This document shows, piece after piece, positions 35,542 to 37,419 of a DNA stretch of 37,419 nucleotides. The translations under genes were made by a program, and so were the position numbers. How positions within the stretch are numbered: position 1 is the first letter of the stretch; each line of letters starts with the position of its first letter. The notes beneath the pieces are model-generated. The model was not told the DNA's origin. It saw nothing but the letters and a program-made list of their open reading frames with translations, and made no database searches. The DNA is from a virus (lineage: Duplodnaviria > Caudoviricetes), in the IMG/VR virus record IMGVR_UViG_3300015370_000006, positions 1 through 37,419 of that record; one strand, written 5' to 3'.

Positions 35542-35583
35542 GTATATGTAAGAGGGAATAACCTCACAAAACAAACACGCCTT

Positions 35584-36288
35584 ATGAACACATACGAAGC
35601 CAAGCAAGAAGCAAGACGGAAACGCTACGAAACACTAGCGGCCAAAAATGCCTCACATGCAGATAGCCTGCACAAATCCGGGATGGACGCACTAAGCCAA
35701 ATCCCATTCGGTCAACCAATTTTGGTCGGCCATCATAGCGAGCGCGGTGATAGAGCCTATCGCGGTCGAGCCTGCGCTAAAATTGATAAATCATTCGAAG
35801 CCCAAAACAAAGCGGCCTACTACGAAGAAAAAGCGGCAAGCGTCGGCAAGGCTGGCATTTCAAGCGATGACCCGGACGCAATAATTAAACTAAAAGAAAA
35901 ATTGGCCAAGCTAGAGGGCGAACGTGAGAAGTTCAAAGAGTTCAATAAGACGGCGCGCAAGAACAAAACAGATCAGCTCCCGGCCTACGTTCTAACAAAC
36001 CTCGGCGCAAACATTCGCACGGTCAAACAGCGAATAGCTCACCTTGAAAAGATGGAGGCAACGGAGGCTCGCCCAGATATAGTGTGTGATGGTTTCATCA
36101 TCCGGGAAAATAAAGAAGAAAACCGTTTGCAATTCATCTTTGAGGGAATTCCAGCCCCGGAGGTTAGAAAGGAATTAAAAAGCCACGGGTTCAGATGGTC
36201 GCCAACTAACACGGCATGGCAAACATTCCTCACAAATCGCGGCCGCTATCAAGCCGAACAAGTTAAATCAAATATCATTAACCAATAA
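35584..36288 (+). CDS. DUF3560-like protein
   Basis: IPFGQPILVGHHSE..DR; ISSDDPDAI; RLQFIFEGIP..LKSHGFRWSP..AWQ; start 35584 lies downstream of the promoter. Confidence 0.88.
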   Translation: MNTYEAKQEARRKRYETLAAKNASHADSLHKSGMDALSQIPFGQPILVGHHSERGDRAYRGRACAKIDKSFEAQNKAAYYEEKAASVGKAGISSDDPDAIIKLKEKLAKLEGEREKFKEFNKTARKNKTDQLPAYVLTNLGANIRTVKQRIAHLEKMEATEARPDIVCDGFIIRENKEENRLQFIFEGIPAPEVRKELKSHGFRWSPTNTAWQTFLTNRGRYQAEQVKSNIINQ

Positions 36289-36293
36289 AAACT

Positions 36294-36593
36294 ATGAAAC
36301 GCTATATAAACAAACTATCAAAAAAACACATTGACGAATTTATGACCAATGACCCGGATTGCCAATCAATTACAGGCAACCATCAATTAACCTGTGTAAC
36401 AATAGACTTATTTGCCCACGGGGATGACATGAAAAAAATGATTAGTTACATGTCCTCCAAAAATATTGATGTTTTCAAGCGCGGCACTAAAGAACCAGAG
36501 CGCGTGTTACATGCACTATTCGGCATGACATGGAAAAAAATATCCACTTTTGAACCTGCTAAAAACGTCGCGACTTTCGCCGATCGTTTCTAA
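36294..36593 (+). CDS. Hypothetical early protein
   Basis: Packed in the + operon. Confidence 0.7.
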   Translation: MKRYINKLSKKHIDEFMTNDPDCQSITGNHQLTCVTIDLFAHGDDMKKMISYMSSKNIDVFKRGTKEPERVLHALFGMTWKKISTFEPAKNVATFADRF

Positions 36594-36613
36594 ATCACTA
36601 ACCACTAAACACT

Positions 36614-36865
36614 ATGAAAACTCACAACAAACAAATGGTCGCTCATCTAAAAGCTCGCGGGATAATCTGCCGCGCTAAGTACATTGAAAAAGGTTCACTA
36701 AAAGGATTTTGGAGGTTATACAACCCAAACACAACTTGGTGGGATAATAAAGAGCTACAACAAAAACTAAAAAATTTTAGCTTTACGAATTGGGACGGCG
36801 CGGAATTGGCAAATCATCACGGCAACGGCGGCATGTTTCACATCTTCGTTAAATGGAATAACTAA
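36614..36865 (+). CDS. Hypothetical early protein
   Basis: TCACTAA leader; tight packing. Confidence 0.7.
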   Translation: MKTHNKQMVAHLKARGIICRAKYIEKGSLKGFWRLYNPNTTWWDNKELQQKLKNFSFTNWDGAELANHHGNGGMFHIFVKWNN

Positions 36866-36886
36866 ATCACTAAACAAATAAAAACT

Positions 36887-37057
36887 ATGAACATCAAATA
36901 CTACACACGCTACATCTACGGGACGCCTAAAAATTACGTCCTAGATGTAAAAGAGGCGAAAATCTTAACAGATATTACCGGCACAACCACGCTAACAGAT
37001 CGCCACATCAAAGCCCTAAAAAAAATAGGCCTAACATTTGAACGGGTACTAGATTGA
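36887..37057 (+). CDS. 56-aa hypothetical early protein (not in ORF track)
   Basis: MNIKYYTRYIYGTPKNYV..LKKIGLTFERVLD; TCACTAA leader. Confidence 0.7.
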   Translation: MNIKYYTRYIYGTPKNYVLDVKEAKILTDITGTTTLTDRHIKALKKIGLTFERVLD

Positions 37058-37082
37058 CAACCCGTTCTATTTGTCATACAAT
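37054..37082 (+). promoter_or_regulatory. Promoter of the HTH gene with overlapping inverted repeats
   Basis: TTGACA-17bp-TACAAT; TGACAA/TTGTCA and GAACGGGT/ACCCGTTC. Confidence 0.75.
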
Positions 37083-37091
37083 CAACTAACT

Positions 37092-37385
37092 ATGAAAAAT
37101 GAAATGCTAACATACGCGGAGGCCGGGATACGTTTAGGGGTTGTTAAATCGGTCGTCCACTTCTACATCAAACGGGGCTACATTAAGCGCAAAAAGACAG
37201 GTATTCCAGCTAGTGAAGTCACCAAATTTATAAAGAACCCCCCCACTAAAAAGCCTACTACCCAAGAATTAAAAGACTTAATCAAAGAGCGTTACAACGC
37301 CGGCGGCATTACAATGCGCAAGCTAGGCGATGAATACGGGATGAGTGAAAGCCTAGTAAGTAAGATAATTAAAGGCACTAGATAA
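37092..37385 (+). CDS. Double HTH DNA-binding protein
   Basis: LTYAEAGIRLGV..V..YIKRG and TMRKLGDEYGMSESLVSKII. Confidence 0.8.
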   Translation: MKNEMLTYAEAGIRLGVVKSVVHFYIKRGYIKRKKTGIPASEVTKFIKNPPTKKPTTQELKDLIKERYNAGGITMRKLGDEYGMSESLVSKIIKGTR

Positions 37386-37419
37386 AGTGTCAAAGCATTG
37401 ACAAAATAATAGGTTCGTG
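37297..37419. repeat. Terminal direct repeat, right copy
   Basis: Identical to 1-123. Confidence 0.97.

Noticed and set aside
35389-35607. N-terminal extensions of the ERF and DUF3560 ORFs in the track
   Set aside because: They overlap the divergent promoters; downstream ATGs at 35388 and 35584 fit better
1-37419. Stop-codon reassignment
   Set aside because: Code 11 gives dense, intact genes; TGA and TAG both end genes, including ATGA overlaps

Overview
Apparently a complete, circularly assembled ~37.3 kb tailed-phage genome: bases 1-123 are identical to 37297-37419. The layout is podovirus (P22-like). The minus strand carries small early genes (ERF/YqaJ recombination pair, SLT, HNH, VRR-NUC), terminase, portal, scaffold, capsid, a cluster of putative fibre/surface proteins, a holin-like gene, a papain-like peptidase, adaptor/nozzle genes, a LysM tail protein, a lysozyme-like ejection protein and a 2338-aa polyvalent protein (ART, two ParB-like, RelA/SpoT-like, LPD38-like). 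A short plus-strand early operon starts with a DUF3560-like gene. I recognise no integrase, polymerase, helicase or replication initiator. Most starts lack Shine-Dalgarno sites, which suggests (inference) a Patescibacteria/CPR-type host. Three signals stand out. (1) A near-copy of the phage's early promoter and leader sits antisense inside the giant gene, ahead of a 75-aa acidic ORF next to the RelA/SpoT-like domain: a candidate nested antitoxin for an injected toxin domain. (2) Six virion-module proteins have an N-terminal membrane or signal segment followed by a shared (L/I/V)-G-(A/G) motif, near a papain-fold protease. (3) Several structured intergenic RNAs have loops complementary to nearby sequences. 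All family assignments are by-eye motif recognition, not database results.
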